From positions 7,378,001 to 7,442,000 of the forward strand of contig CM060733.1 in assembly GCA_030704615.1 (NCBI GenBank): a stretch of DNA of 64,000 nucleotides, written 5' to 3'. This document shows, piece after piece, positions 52,197-64,000 of the stretch. Below the pieces are notes generated by a model. That model was not told the origin of the DNA. It worked only from the letters and a program-made list of their open reading frames with translations, and searched no databases. Numbering within the stretch: the first letter of the stretch is position 1; every line of letters begins with the position of its first letter. The stretch comes from Takakia lepidozioides. Lineage: Eukaryota; Plantae; Bryophyta. Both the position numbers and the translations under genes were made by a program.

Positions 52197-54909
52197 CTGC
52201 AGGCACAGAGACAGCCTCATTATGCAATGCCACCAGTTGGGGATCAAGTGTGGTTGTCTACAACCAATTTACACATCACTGGATCGCGAAAACTAGGGGC
52301 ACGCACTACAAGAGATGAGCGTTTATAGGACTACGGCTTTGGCGGAGTCATAAAAAATGCACTAGGTACATGACTACAGAGCGCTGAAATGCATTACAGT
52401 TTTAGTTTTATGACTTTGTAGTAATGGATATCACTACATGACTCCGGAAAGTTAGGAGCATTGGTCAAACATTGTTGACCATGATGACAGGGATGGTTTA
52501 TATGACTAGTGTGATATGTTTGACTACACGTGGATGATGTTTCATGGAATCTTATGACTCCATGACTGAAGATGGTTTCAGAGCTCTATTTATACGACTA
52601 CATCACTACACGTGTCATTTTGAAGGCACATATAATGCAAATAAGGTTGCCCATTAGTGTAATCGTAAACAGAAAGGAGGGCTGGGACTTGGCGTCTTTT
52701 TGTCTCCTGTGCCACACTACATAGCTGAGGGATGGAACGCGATGATAGCAGGATATGCAGGGGCGTGGGATGGAGGCGTTGAGCAAATGATGCACGAAGG
52801 AGAAGAGGAGGAGGAGACGAGACGAGGACAAGCGAGCTCGCCGTTCTTGGGAGAGTCAGCTTGGAGAAGACAAACGTGTTTCAATCTCTGACTACTCATC
52901 TACGCCGTAGTGGTTCGATCTGACAGACCAATCCGACATTACCTGACTACAGACACAAGCAACACACACAAGAGGTCATCGGTCAAATCCTCCATGGGTC
53001 AGGACAGGTCAAGGACAATGTGGTAGGGCACCTTCTTCTTCAACCTATTTCAACCTGTATTGCCCTCTCATCAGACTCGGCCGCAAGATGCATATTGAAT
53101 TCTGTAAGTTAGGTCGTTGGGTATATCTGTGGTGGTTTGGAGTGACTTTGGCAAGTTACTGCCAGTGTGGCAGCAGGGAAGTATCCAAAAACATATAATA
53201 GAGGTGAGGAGAAGCTTTGGGGTGAACACTTTCCGACCCCAATGGTGGGACAATGGAGACAAAAAGGCGAATGCCTGTTGGACTACAGAGAGAAGCAGAT
53301 GCATTTCAGATTGTGATAAGTAGGGTTGGGGTGTTTTGGGGAAGAACTCCACACCAGTACGGTTGGGGTGTTTGCTGGTAGAATTGTAGGCTGTCAGAGG
53401 CATGGATAGCTGAAGGAGCAGGGTAGAGTGTGGGTCCAGATTCATCTTAGAGGGCTGGATTTCAAGCTCCACATTACCTATGATTCCCTGTGGAAGGATA
53501 GGTACAAGAAACCTACATGGGTAGATGGTCAACTGGAAGCAGCATGTTGTACTATATGTCATTACTGTACTATATGTCATTCCAGAGACTGTCATTGTTG
53601 GTCCATGTGTTTTACAACAATGCTATCAATATAAGACTCCTGGTTCGCATTGGAAGCTCAATCCCTGCAAGTTCATTGTGTGTGAAGCTCAAACTTGCGA
53701 TTTGAAGGATCTTGTAGCCAAGTTCATTCAACCGGAAAGGAGAATTCTGAAAGCTCCCAAATTTGATGTGGGCAAGCTTATGGAGGTAAGACTTAGCTTC
53801 CCTCCTCTAATGTAAGTGTTGGATAAGTTTCATTTAGTGTCGACCTTCACTGCATATATTGGCTCTTTTCTTGGCTGGTTTCATATTTTCTTGGCTGGTA
53901 TGCTGTTGGTTGGCTTCTTTCATTTCACGTGTGTAGTGGAAGGGGAGAAGTACTTTCCTAAGTTCTACTGCAACAATGTCTTTTTCCAGCCTAGATGTTT
54001 TCGATACAAATTGAAGTGCTTTGAATGTTGCTGCAATACTATAATAAAGTGGAGGGTGCTGAATGCAGTTGGCCTTGCTTCGTGCAGGCATAATCCAGGG
54101 AAATGTGGACATAGCTGAAACCCCATGATATCATTTCCAGAGGACGGTGTGGATGGCCTCACAATCCAGCATGCAAAATCCATGACAATGTGGAGCTGGC
54201 TGAATGGGCAAACAGGTTAAGTGGCGAACAAGCCACGTCACTGGTACATAGTTGCATGCTTACATAGTACATGAAAGCGTACTATATGTCATTCCCGAAA
54301 TTGACCATGTTGGTCCATGTATTTTACAACAATGCTATCAATAAAAGACCAATGGTTCGCATTGGAAACTCTATCCCCGTAAGTGGCTTGTGCGTGATGC
54401 TCAAACTTGTGATTTGAAGGATCTTATACCCCAGTTCATTGCAGAGGTGATTGGAAAAGACATTGAGAAGGCAACAGCCGTTATCTATAATCTACAGATC
54501 CCCTTCAATTTGATGTGGGAAAGCCGGCTGGCTGGAGGTCTAGTCTCACTTTCACTCATCTAATGTCAGTGTTGTATCCATTGCAATGTGGAGATGTTTG
54601 AAACAACATTGGAGCATTTCAGAGGATGGTCTGGATGGCCTTCGTGGCGTGTGCCGAATCCATGGCAAGAAAACATTGCAGGCAGAACCCATGGCAATGG
54701 TACCAGCACGGGTTGGTCCAAAGCCAATTGCAACAACAAATGAATAAAGGGTGCTGAAAGGAAAGCACTCCATAATTGATCATAAAATCCAGTGTCCAAG
54801 CATGATATCTTAATGGGAATGCGAAGGGAGTGTTACCACCTTAAACTATCATGCATGGTCTATAACTGGAGTGCACAAATCGCGCATATCTAATCTTCAT
54901 CATCCTCAT

Positions 54910-57900
54910 CTATGTCTGGGTTACTACATGTATCACTGTCTTCATCACAGACTTCATCTTGTCCGAGGGTTGGCTGAAATCATCACCACGTATACGGGGT
55001 GCTCGGAGGTACAAGGAGGCTACCTGCTCTGGAGTAACCGGTACCGCTCGGCTGCATGTTGGGCCATAAGAAACCAGAGTCTCCTCTAGTCTTTGTGGGG
55101 CTAACAATCCTTCCACTTCCGCCACATCATCATTATCAATTGATATGTCGCAGACCACTCTACGTGCTCGGGGGCTCTTCTCCAGGACGACTTTCCACCC
55201 CGGCTCCTTCACACAATCAGAAAAAAACACTTGATCAACCTGGCCAGGAAACACAAAAGGTTGCTCAGAAGGTGGAAGCATACGGTTAAAATTGACAAGC
55301 GTGAAGCCAGCATCATCCTGCTTCATTAACATAGGTTGACGACCCACGCAACGCCGTACCCACAAACACAAAAACACTATAGGCTGTGTTTGGCCATAGT
55401 CAATTTGCAAAATCTCCCTTATAAGACCCACATATCTTGTAGGTTCCTCCCTGTCATTGCCTAAATTGTTGGTAATGGGCTGGTGCTGGAAACAGATGAG
55501 ACTCCACAATCAAAAGACACCATACTTGTTGTGTTCATGCGGGGGATGTAACCCTGTAATGGTTACCATACGTTGTCATACTCTTGAATGACAGGGCAGT
55601 AAATGATGGAGGCCTTGAAAGATCCAGTAATTCCTCACGTGTTGTAGGATCAAGCCCATCTGATTGAATTGAGAGATGATCCCGTACACCTTGAGGGAGC
55701 CAAACAGCAAATGGAGGACAAGGATGCAAATCAGGAGGGTACTGAATTGTCGTGGGATTGCTCATGCCTTCCAGCCCTTGCTCCTCACGAAACAAGCGTC
55801 GTCTGGCTTCTATCCGTGTGGACTCTGCTTCATATATCCTGTCACAATCCGAGGGTCAGCCAGGAGATTGACAGAGGTGGCGTGGGAGATTTGAAAAGAC
55901 GTCATGCCAACTAATAATAAATGACTAAAACTTGGAAATCTGAATGTCAATGAAGTAGATTTCTTACCCCAACATGACTGATAGACGAGGATGGTTCTGA
56001 ATGATGTACTCATGTACAATATCACACAGGTCATTCAATTTTCGGGCTTTAGAACTTCCTTCCACAACTTCACGTTCCACAGATTCTGCCTCATCTGCAT
56101 CCCACACCCTTCGTACACTTCCATCAAATCCTGCCATATACTATGTGCAAAAACCCAATGCTTCTTCAAATTGGTATCCTTTTGCCATGCTCCCCTCGGG
56201 CCTTGCCATGTTTCTTACGTAGCCCTTCATATCTTTCATTGCCCGCTCCATGGGGTACATCCAACGAGATGCTACGGGCCCGCATAAGTACAACTCATCC
56301 ACTAGGTGAACAACAGATGTGTCATCACAAAAAATGATGGTGGGAACTCCTTCTCTATAAGACACAGAGTGAGAACTGCTTCAGTTCTCAATTCCTCATA
56401 CTCTACAGGATTCACCACTTTTGCACACAACTTCTTAAATACACGACATACTCGCAAAATGGCCCTTCGGGGACCACTTGGCATGAGCCCACGGATAGCA
56501 AGCGGTATATAATTTGCTGCATGAGCACATGATAGTCATGTGATTTCATGCCTGACAACTTCTTCTTCACCACATGCTTTTTGAAAGCTGATGCGTAGCC
56601 TGTTGGCACTTTCAAGCTATGCACAATCTCCAGAAAGACTTGTAACTCAGCCTCAGTGAGGACATAAGGGGCAGGAGGCATAATTAACGTATCTGCTCTG
56701 TCAGGATCACGTTGTAGCCACAATTCCGGCGCATCCCAAGTAGCTCCAAATCACGGCGAACTTTCAATGTGTCTTTCTCACCAAAGATAGTTTTAATAAT
56801 ATTTTCAGCCAAGTTCTTCTCGCAATGCATTGCGTCAAACGTGTGGCGGATGAGGACACCCTACAAAATGAACACATAAGCAATTGAGCATTTACTCATC
56901 ACAATTTAAACAGAAAACACAAAAATGTACACAGCCAATTTAAAGGCCATGAAGGAATTACCTCCCAATAAGGTAAGACATATAAAATTGACAATCGCTT
57001 AACTCCATGAGTTTTTGCTGGGTCTGTCCTGCTATCTGGCGTCCCTCCGTTTTCCACCCATGCAGTGCGAGCTGTTGCAAGGTCCTTGATTTGTGTTCCA
57101 GTCTGCGTTTTTGGAGGAGTTCCATGCTCAGTAGTAGCGCCATTGAACATTCTTGACCTTCTATATGGATGATTGCGGGCCAAAAATCTTCGGTGGCCTA
57201 GGAAAACAATTTTTCCACATGTGTGTAACTGCTGTGAAGTCACCCCGGGTCCACAAGCTGGACAACCAGCATAACCTTTCGTCACTTGACCTGAGAGCAA
57301 GCCATATGCAGGGTAGTCATGGATTGACCACATCAACACTGCCTCAGTGTGAATTCGCGTTGACCACGAGGACGGGAAACATCATGAGCTGCAATCCTCT
57401 CCATAGTTCCAATAGCTCTTCCACTAGGGGCATCAGGTAAACATCTACGTTGTCCGAGGTAACAGACTCCTTACCAGGAATCAGTAGCGCTAACATGACA
57501 AAGAACTTTTTGGTCATTAACCACGGAGGCAGATTGTAATTGACCAAGAGAACGGGCCATGTGCTTGTGGATTGAGCTCCGTAGGGATTTACACCGTCTA
57601 AGGCCAATCCAAATCGCAGAGATCGTGGCTCTGCAGCAAAATCCGCAAATGTGGTGTCAATGTGTCTCCATGCTTTGCTATCAGCTGGATGTCGAACCAA
57701 CCCATCCTGGCTCTTATGTCTGTCGTGCCATGTCATGAGGTTAGCGATCGATTTACATCGGTACATACGTTTCAACCTTGGAATGACAGGGAAGTGTCGC
57801 AATACTTTCTTGGGCACACTTCCACGACCTGGAATGTAACGGGAACTGCGGCACACTGGGCAATGTCTACATTCTCATACTCCCCACGGAAGAGTACACA

Positions 57901-58430
57901 ACCACGCTCACAGGCATGAATCATCGTGTACTGCAATCCCATCTTGGCAATCATGGTTTTTGCTTCATAGTGAGTTTTCGGCAATGAATTCTCTTTAGGC
58001 AAAAAACTCTTACGCAACAATCCCAGAAGCTCATCCACAAATGCATTGGTGCACTTGTGGGTAGTGCATGCGTTCAGCAACGTCAAGTTGCTTGCAGCCG
58101 GCTGATGGAGCACCTTCAAAAAGTGGACATTGCGACGCTGGAAGAGTTTATCATACTCGGGATCAACGTGCAGGTGAGCATTCTCATCAAATTCATTGTC
58201 TCCGGAATCGTCGAGATCATCGTCATGATCGGCAAATGTGTGATCGGTTCCACCATGAATGGGGTCCTATCTGTTTGCATCTGCAAAGAGAAACGCTTCC
58301 TGCAATGCACGCTGCATTTCTACCTCCAATCCACCACTCTCATCTGCGTTCTCTGTGACATTGGGCTCCCGCTGTGCCGCAGGGCCTTACGTCTTCATCA
58401 TCTGAATATCACATCCCTGTCATCCCATAG
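54910..58430 (-). pseudogene. CACTA transposase (Transposase_21, DUF4218, DUF4216), multi-exon, frameshifted
   Basis: IHACERGCVLFRGE, LRHFPVIPRLKRMY, HPADSKAWRHID, LALDGVNPY, WSIHDYPAYG, GMKSHDYHVLMQ, RWMYPMERAM..RPEGSM, YVGLIREILQIDYG, PFVFPGQVDQVFF. Confidence 0.92.
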
Positions 58431-59599
58431 TCATCTTGTGTGGACCAACAACGATGTGACACTTGTTCATATTATGACATAGGAGGCACGGTGACGTTGT
58501 AGTGATGCAGTCATATTTACGTATGTATCTTATGAATATACACCCAATCAAAACATGACATTTATAACCATTGAAGTCATAGTTGCAGTCACTTACTTAG
58601 TCATATATGACTACATGACTACACATGACCAATGAAACACGACATGTGCATTAATTAAAGTGATAACGGAAGTGGCGTAGTCATAGTCACGTCTGTATCT
58701 TATGACTTCTTGACTACATCACCAACGAAATGTCGACATGTGGAGAAGAGGATCGTTGCAATTCAAAATTCAAACTAAAGTGCTAAAGGGAAAGTGACGA
58801 TCTTACCGGAAGAGAACAACGTTGGAGAAGAATTCCCTCCCGTGTATCATGTAATGATTCCTCACTGTTTCCAACAACAGTACTTTTCCTCCATGACACT
58901 CATCGCAGTTGCATAGCATTTATGTATGCCCATTCCTTGTGGCATAAGCTTCTTCTTCCATTCGCCATAGACGGTCATCTATGCTACGCCTACGCATCCG
59001 TTCGCCACCTGCACTGTACATGCTTTGAACGTCACCCCTTCCCTCTTTGCATGCTACGCACAGTGCATTGTCTCTAGTTTTGCACTAGCTGCCAATGTGT
59101 TATTTCTATATCTATAGTATACTATAAGTATCGTTTCCAAGTGTCCATGGTGAAGCGGAAGGTCTTCAAAGTGACAGTCCCTCTCACTGAGTACGAGAAG
59201 TTTCCGAGAGCGCCGGATTGCTGCCATAAAGGAGGTGGAAGCAACGTTCAAGCAGTCGATAGATGGGTGAGTTTGTTCCCCTGACTTTGGATACCCACCC
59301 ACTAAACTTGCGATTCGCCTTATCCTCTTAACCTTCCTACAGCGATCATAAGCTTCATAGCACAAATGGGGGCGAGTAGCTGCGACTTGTACAACAGAGA
59401 GGCAAACAACATGCAGTGAGTGATGATTAGGTTTGAGGAGGGTGTGTCATTAGGCGGGAGATGTCCGCCGTCATTCGTGGGCAGGCACTACGTCCTGGTA
59501 GGGTGCGGCTGTGGTTCAGCGTAGGCTTAAGAGTATTAGGGTATGTATGCTTACATTTGTTTGTGATTGTTTGAGAGGGAGGTCATGGAGGTGTTTGTG

Positions 59600-62299
59600 C
59601 AGGCTTGCGGGAGCGAATCGCCCTCGCAAGCCACGCGCTCCGAAGGAAAAGCTAGGGATCAAGGTCCGCAAGGCAAAGTGCCAGACTGAAGACGATGAAG
59701 ACTACGATTCTGCATGAGGGCTCTTCTGAGGATGATGAGGACGATCCACTTCTCCCACGTCAGTGCGAGGCGAGTGCATCATCGGCGGATGTCACGGCAA
59801 GCCGAGGAGAACATGCCCATGCTCATGTCGCAGGACAAAAACGCCCATCATCTACACTACGAACACCTTCTCCGTCTGTGAGTTATAGTTCTTCACAATG
59901 ACCATGATTCAAATTATGTATGTTTTTTGGTAAAATCACGAAGAGATAGGGTATGGTAAGATCATGAAGAGATAGGGTATGTATGTCAAGACAGGGAAGT
60001 TGGACAATGCAGGGGTCAGCCAAGGCACAATCACAAATGATTTCCACTAGACAAATTGAAGTGCCAAAGGCATGATGTCAGGCCAATGTAGACTTCAGGT
60101 GTGTTCAAATTCTTTGCCCCATGAAACCAATGTCCTGGTACTAAGCTACAATGGCTACTTATAGAGATACTTGGGTTACTTATGCACCCAGAATATCAAT
60201 AAAACTTAGAGGGATACTTCTCATGGACCCATCAGGTTTGTCCATTTGAATTCTTGCTATGGATTTCAGGAACACCCCATACCCAAGAGGCTCAAAAATG
60301 TACTGGGAGGACATCATTGGGCCAATCAAATTTGGGAGATTTACACTGCCCAAGATCATACTGAGTTTTGGGTAATCTTGTCTTTACAAATGATATGTGC
60401 TTCCAGTTTGTTATATTGAATTCAAGGATTTGCTGCTTGCTGCCAATATGTATGTGTAATCACCCACATTGTACTGGGGGAATTTCTTTTCAGGGCAAGC
60501 ACAAGTGCTGAATCCACGATCCCTGCTGCTAGCAATGGAGAAGGCGCCCACAAGAACGCAGGAGATGGCCCTAACTCTCCCAACGTTGTGGGTTCTGTGC
60601 TACCAGTACCCCCACCTTATTATGGTATGCCTCAGTACCCACAGTCTGGCACTCAGTATGGTCAGGGTCAATATGGTGCTCCTCCATATGGGCAGTATGG
60701 CCAATATCCTCCTCCACCATATTTGGCACCCCCTAATAGCTATGGGGGTGGCAGGCCACCGGAATATCCTCCTGCTTATGGACAATATGGCCAGTATGGT
60801 CCTCGGCCTTCTGGCCAACAGCCATGGCCACCAGTCCCTACTTGGCAGGATCCTGCTTTGAATTCTCCTGAGCGCACGGAGGTCTCTAAAGGAGGGGAGG
60901 GTGCCGTTTCAAAGAATGATAGAACCAATGCTTTAAGGAGGGCTAATAGCTCAGCCAAAATTGAAGCTGCCAAGGTCAAGGAAGAGAGAATAGTTGCAGG
61001 TCTTCCTCCCACGGTGATTTTGACGAACCTCAAAGGAGCCCCGTATGGTCAGACCCGGAATGTATGGCACGCTGCCCTTAAAGGACAGGCTTATCGCAAG
61101 CTAGATTGTTCCCTTGCCATCAACAACCAACCTGATGAAGTTGTATTCGAAATCAGAGATCACCTGGCTAAGCTATTTTCATATACGCCACACGAGTTAA
61201 AAGACTTCCACCTAAAACAACAATTGGCAGAATAATGAAGAGCCAGCGTTATGAAGCACACACTGCGTGGTTGGGTGGTAAGGGGAAACCCATTACTGTA
61301 TCTGACGAGGTATGGAACAAGCTTGTAAGTTACTGGCAGACAGAGGTGTTCCACAAAGTCGGGCAACATGAAAAAGGCAAATGGTGCAATTCTGAATCCT
61401 ACCAAGACTGGCCGTGGTGGGAAGGCAATGGTGGAAGCACGCTTGGTAAGTGGCATCATCACGACTCTGTATTTTGTTCCTCATTGAATTGCTATGTGTA
61501 TATAGTTAGCCCTCACATTGTTTACTAACTTGTGGCATGGGTTTGTTTGTGGCATGGATTAATTTGTAGGAAACACTATCAGGGTGCCCTCCTACATTAT
61601 ATGAAATTCAAGAGGGTTCAGTGTCACGGTTGTCAGCTGGGAGTGACAGGCGGTAAGTGTGTTTCCACATTTGCTAGAGTGGTTGCTGCATCATAGGTTG
61701 CTAGGGTTTTTTTCACGGCTTTTGGCCTGGGTTTTCTTTCCAATGGTTGTTCATGCTAGGTTTTTTTGTTTTGATTCATACTTGGGCAAGTTTTCATGGA
61801 TTGGCAGGAGGGAAGTCTCGCATATTCTACAGTAGTTGGCAGGATGGATGGCTTGGACAAATTGGTGGAATCACAAGGACGTGACATGGCAGAATTAAAA
61901 TTACAGATGCAGAGTATGATTGAGTACCAGAAAGCCATTGTGACCAGATTGGGGATTAATCTACCAGGCATAGGACCAGTGACATCTACGATGGATACGT
62001 CTGCTGTGACAGTATCAAAATGTTTGGAATCCCAATTTCAGACGGTAACTGGTGCTCACTCTAAGCCCTTATGTCTTCCTGTCACTGATGATCTTTTGAA
62101 TTTGACCGAGCAGCAGCAGGATACAGGGAAGGCCAGCTGTGAGGTACACGTGGAAATTCAGCCCTTGCCACGTACAAAGGCAGTAGCAGTCCAGGGGGCA
62201 ATGGTGACAGAGCCGCTGGGCACACCGGATTCTGGTATGCAAGTATGTGGGAGTTTAGATGGGGAGGAAGATGCAGACGGGGACAAAACAAACAAGCAG
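59600..62299 (+). pseudogene. CACTA second gene (TnpA/Ptta-like, Transposase_24-like segment) with a Pro/Tyr/Gly/Gln-rich region
   Basis: Exon-like frames 60588-61445 (PPPYYG..QYGQY repeats; VWNKLVSYWQTE..KANGAILNPTKTGRGGK) and 61810-62299 (coiled-coil-like). An internal stop is present; the exon model is approximate. Confidence 0.55.
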
Positions 62300-62301
62300 G
62301 T

Positions 62302-64000
62302 CAATACAACAGATTGCGGCTTTTACGTCTCTGTGTTATGTCTGCAAATGCAGTCATGGAAGCCATTTACGACTTCCTGACTCTGAAGACGTAAAGCCTT
62401 AGTCAGTTGTGACATGGCAGATATGACTCTCCAGGTTGGCTGTGACGTGGTGCCTGAGCAGCTGTGGGGGTAGTCATACACGCTGGCTTTACTGAATGAC
62501 TGAACGGACAGTTAGTCCATGTCAGCGGCTGTGCAAGAGTGACACGTGCTCGATACAGGAAATGACACGTGGAAAAGTGTTCGTTCTCCATGACTGCGAA
62601 CTATAACTACAGGTGTGCTAATCTGGTTGCAACACGTGGCGCGTTGCAGTTTTTACACGTGGTCCCTCAACAGATTGACATGTGTCATGATGGGTTTTTT
62701 TTTGGTGTATTGCTATTTTTTTTACATATTTGTAATTTTGCCACGTGGTGTAGTACTATTGGAGAGTGAAAATAGATATAGTCATTATTATGACTATGAT
62801 AGTACTCATATACATGTCTATTGCAACAATGAAATATAATATATAATACAAAGAGAACAAAGCAGTAAGACATAACTGCAACAAGCTGAGCAAAACCAAG
62901 AGATTGTACACCATCTCTATTTAACAATATTTATCATTATCATTTTTGTCGCGATCTAAAAATACATAAAATTGTCACATGTTCTCATGTGAATTAATTG
63001 TCTAACTATAACACTTTGAAAAGTGTTCACCCATAATCTTCTAACTACTTATGTATTCCATCAATCTGCAACCCATCAAAAACTAAGGCTTGCATGTCCT
63101 TAAGAATTATTACAACAAGGACATCTGTTTCTTTTCCAAGTTCTTGCGTAAGATGCGCCAACCACATTGCATTGTGAGATTCTCACTCGCTATACTCCAA
63201 AGTGTCTAGGGAAGGTCACTGAGCAACCTGCCAAGGCAAAAACAATAGAGAATTATCTAATACCATATATGAAAAACCAATGCCAGTGTTGTTTATGGTA
63301 ACTTCTATCCCATGGACTCGTAAACAACCAAAGCAAAAATGTTGGTGTGTGTTGGCGAAGTCGTCAGATACTTCACAAAGAAACATGCACAAAAAATGAG
63401 AGCCAGGAGGATAGGAAGGTCACTCACGTTATTTATACAAAGACTTCTTGCCCCTTGCCCAGCACCCTACGTCACCCACATTCTATCTCTACTCCTTCAG
63501 CTATCCATGCCTCTACACAAATCAAGCATTCATCCTTGCCTTGCTGCTAGCAGTTGACAATGACAGCCTATATTTGTTCTAGGAAAACCCAACTCAGCGT
63601 AGCCCACTAGTTCCTATCTGAATTGTGTCTGCTTGCTCTCTGAAATGTAGCAGGCATACACCTTTCTGCCCCGTTGACCCATCAGTGACTGGGCTCCGAT
63701 AAGTATTCATTCCACAACTTCTCCTCATCTCTATACCTGTTTTTTGACACTTTCTTGTTGTCACACATTGGCAGTATCATGTCAAAGTCACTCCAAACTA
63801 GATTCACTCAACCAGCTAACTTGCAGAATTAAACATGAAAATTTTGATAAGAGGGAAAAATAGGGTGAAATGTGTTGAAGAAGATGTCTTCATTAGCAGT
63901 GCCTGATTTTATCACTGCCGTTGCTGCCAGTTGACCATCTACCTATGCAGGTTTCTTGTAGCTATTGATCCACAAGGAATCACAGGTAATCTTGTGCTTG
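62302..64000. mobile_element. Second copy of the non-autonomous CACTA family seen at 209 (runs off the window)
   Basis: Degenerate TIR CAATACAACAGA. 62315-62800 aligns with 222-715, and 63450-64000 aligns with the 1080-1660/2270-2720 modules. Confidence 0.75.

Larger units (their letters stand above)
44246..52303 (+). mobile_element. Ty3/Gypsy element D: 5' LTR, tRNA-iMet PBS, gag with CCHC, internally deleted pol; integrase interrupted at 48345-52232 and again at 52304
   Basis: LTR 44246-44682 (TGTAAC...GTTACA); PBS TGGTATCAGAGCC at 44684-44696; gag 45329-46411 with PTPMELG and CYNCGKYGHLAANC. Protease and RT N-terminus are missing. [22 protein letters not shown] present; QKQYANARRRDEE (to 48343) resumes as PVGDQVWLSTTNL..SRKLGAR at 52233-52303. 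Confidence 0.88.
52304..62301. mobile_element. Large CACTA/En-Spm element (right end outside the window or hidden by the nested insertion)
   Basis: CACTACAAGAGA at 52304 interrupts the Gypsy D integrase; ATGACTAC-type subterminal repeats at 52330-52620; contains a transposase and a second gene. Confidence 0.8.

Noticed and set aside
58497-58507. TTGTAGTG as the 3' TIR of the CACTA starting at 52304 (flanks ACG/ATG)
   Set aside because: The Gypsy D integrase does not resume after it, and subterminal-type motifs continue to its right, so it is treated as an internal motif.

Overview
Repeat-rich nuclear DNA from a land plant, probably a non-seed plant that does organellar C-to-U editing (it has a PLS-PPR/DYW remnant and Tcn1-type chromoviruses). 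A gene island at about 15.7-40.5 kb holds three apparently intact genes: NCA1 (RING+TPR catalase chaperone, 7 coding exons, minus strand), a divergently oriented DDAH-like dimethylargininase (5 coding exons, plus strand) and an intronless NDR1/HIN1-like (LEA_2) gene with a long His/Gln/Thr-rich N-terminus. The island also contains a PPR-DYW pseudogene, a non-autonomous Harbinger element, a LINE scrap and a Copia remnant. Both flanks are nested transposon stacks. Left: CACTA inside CACTA, then a Ty3 element interrupted by a full-length Tcn1-like chromovirus. Right: a second Tcn1-like copy interrupted by another Ty3 element, whose integrase is interrupted by a 3.9-kb insert and then by a large CACTA. 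The most notable observation is in that 3.9-kb insert: a spliced, degenerate, 5'-truncated gene whose exons rebuild a beta-class N4-cytosine/N6-adenine DNA methyltransferase-like domain, a prokaryote-type enzyme family. All calls come from reading motifs by eye; no database searches were run.
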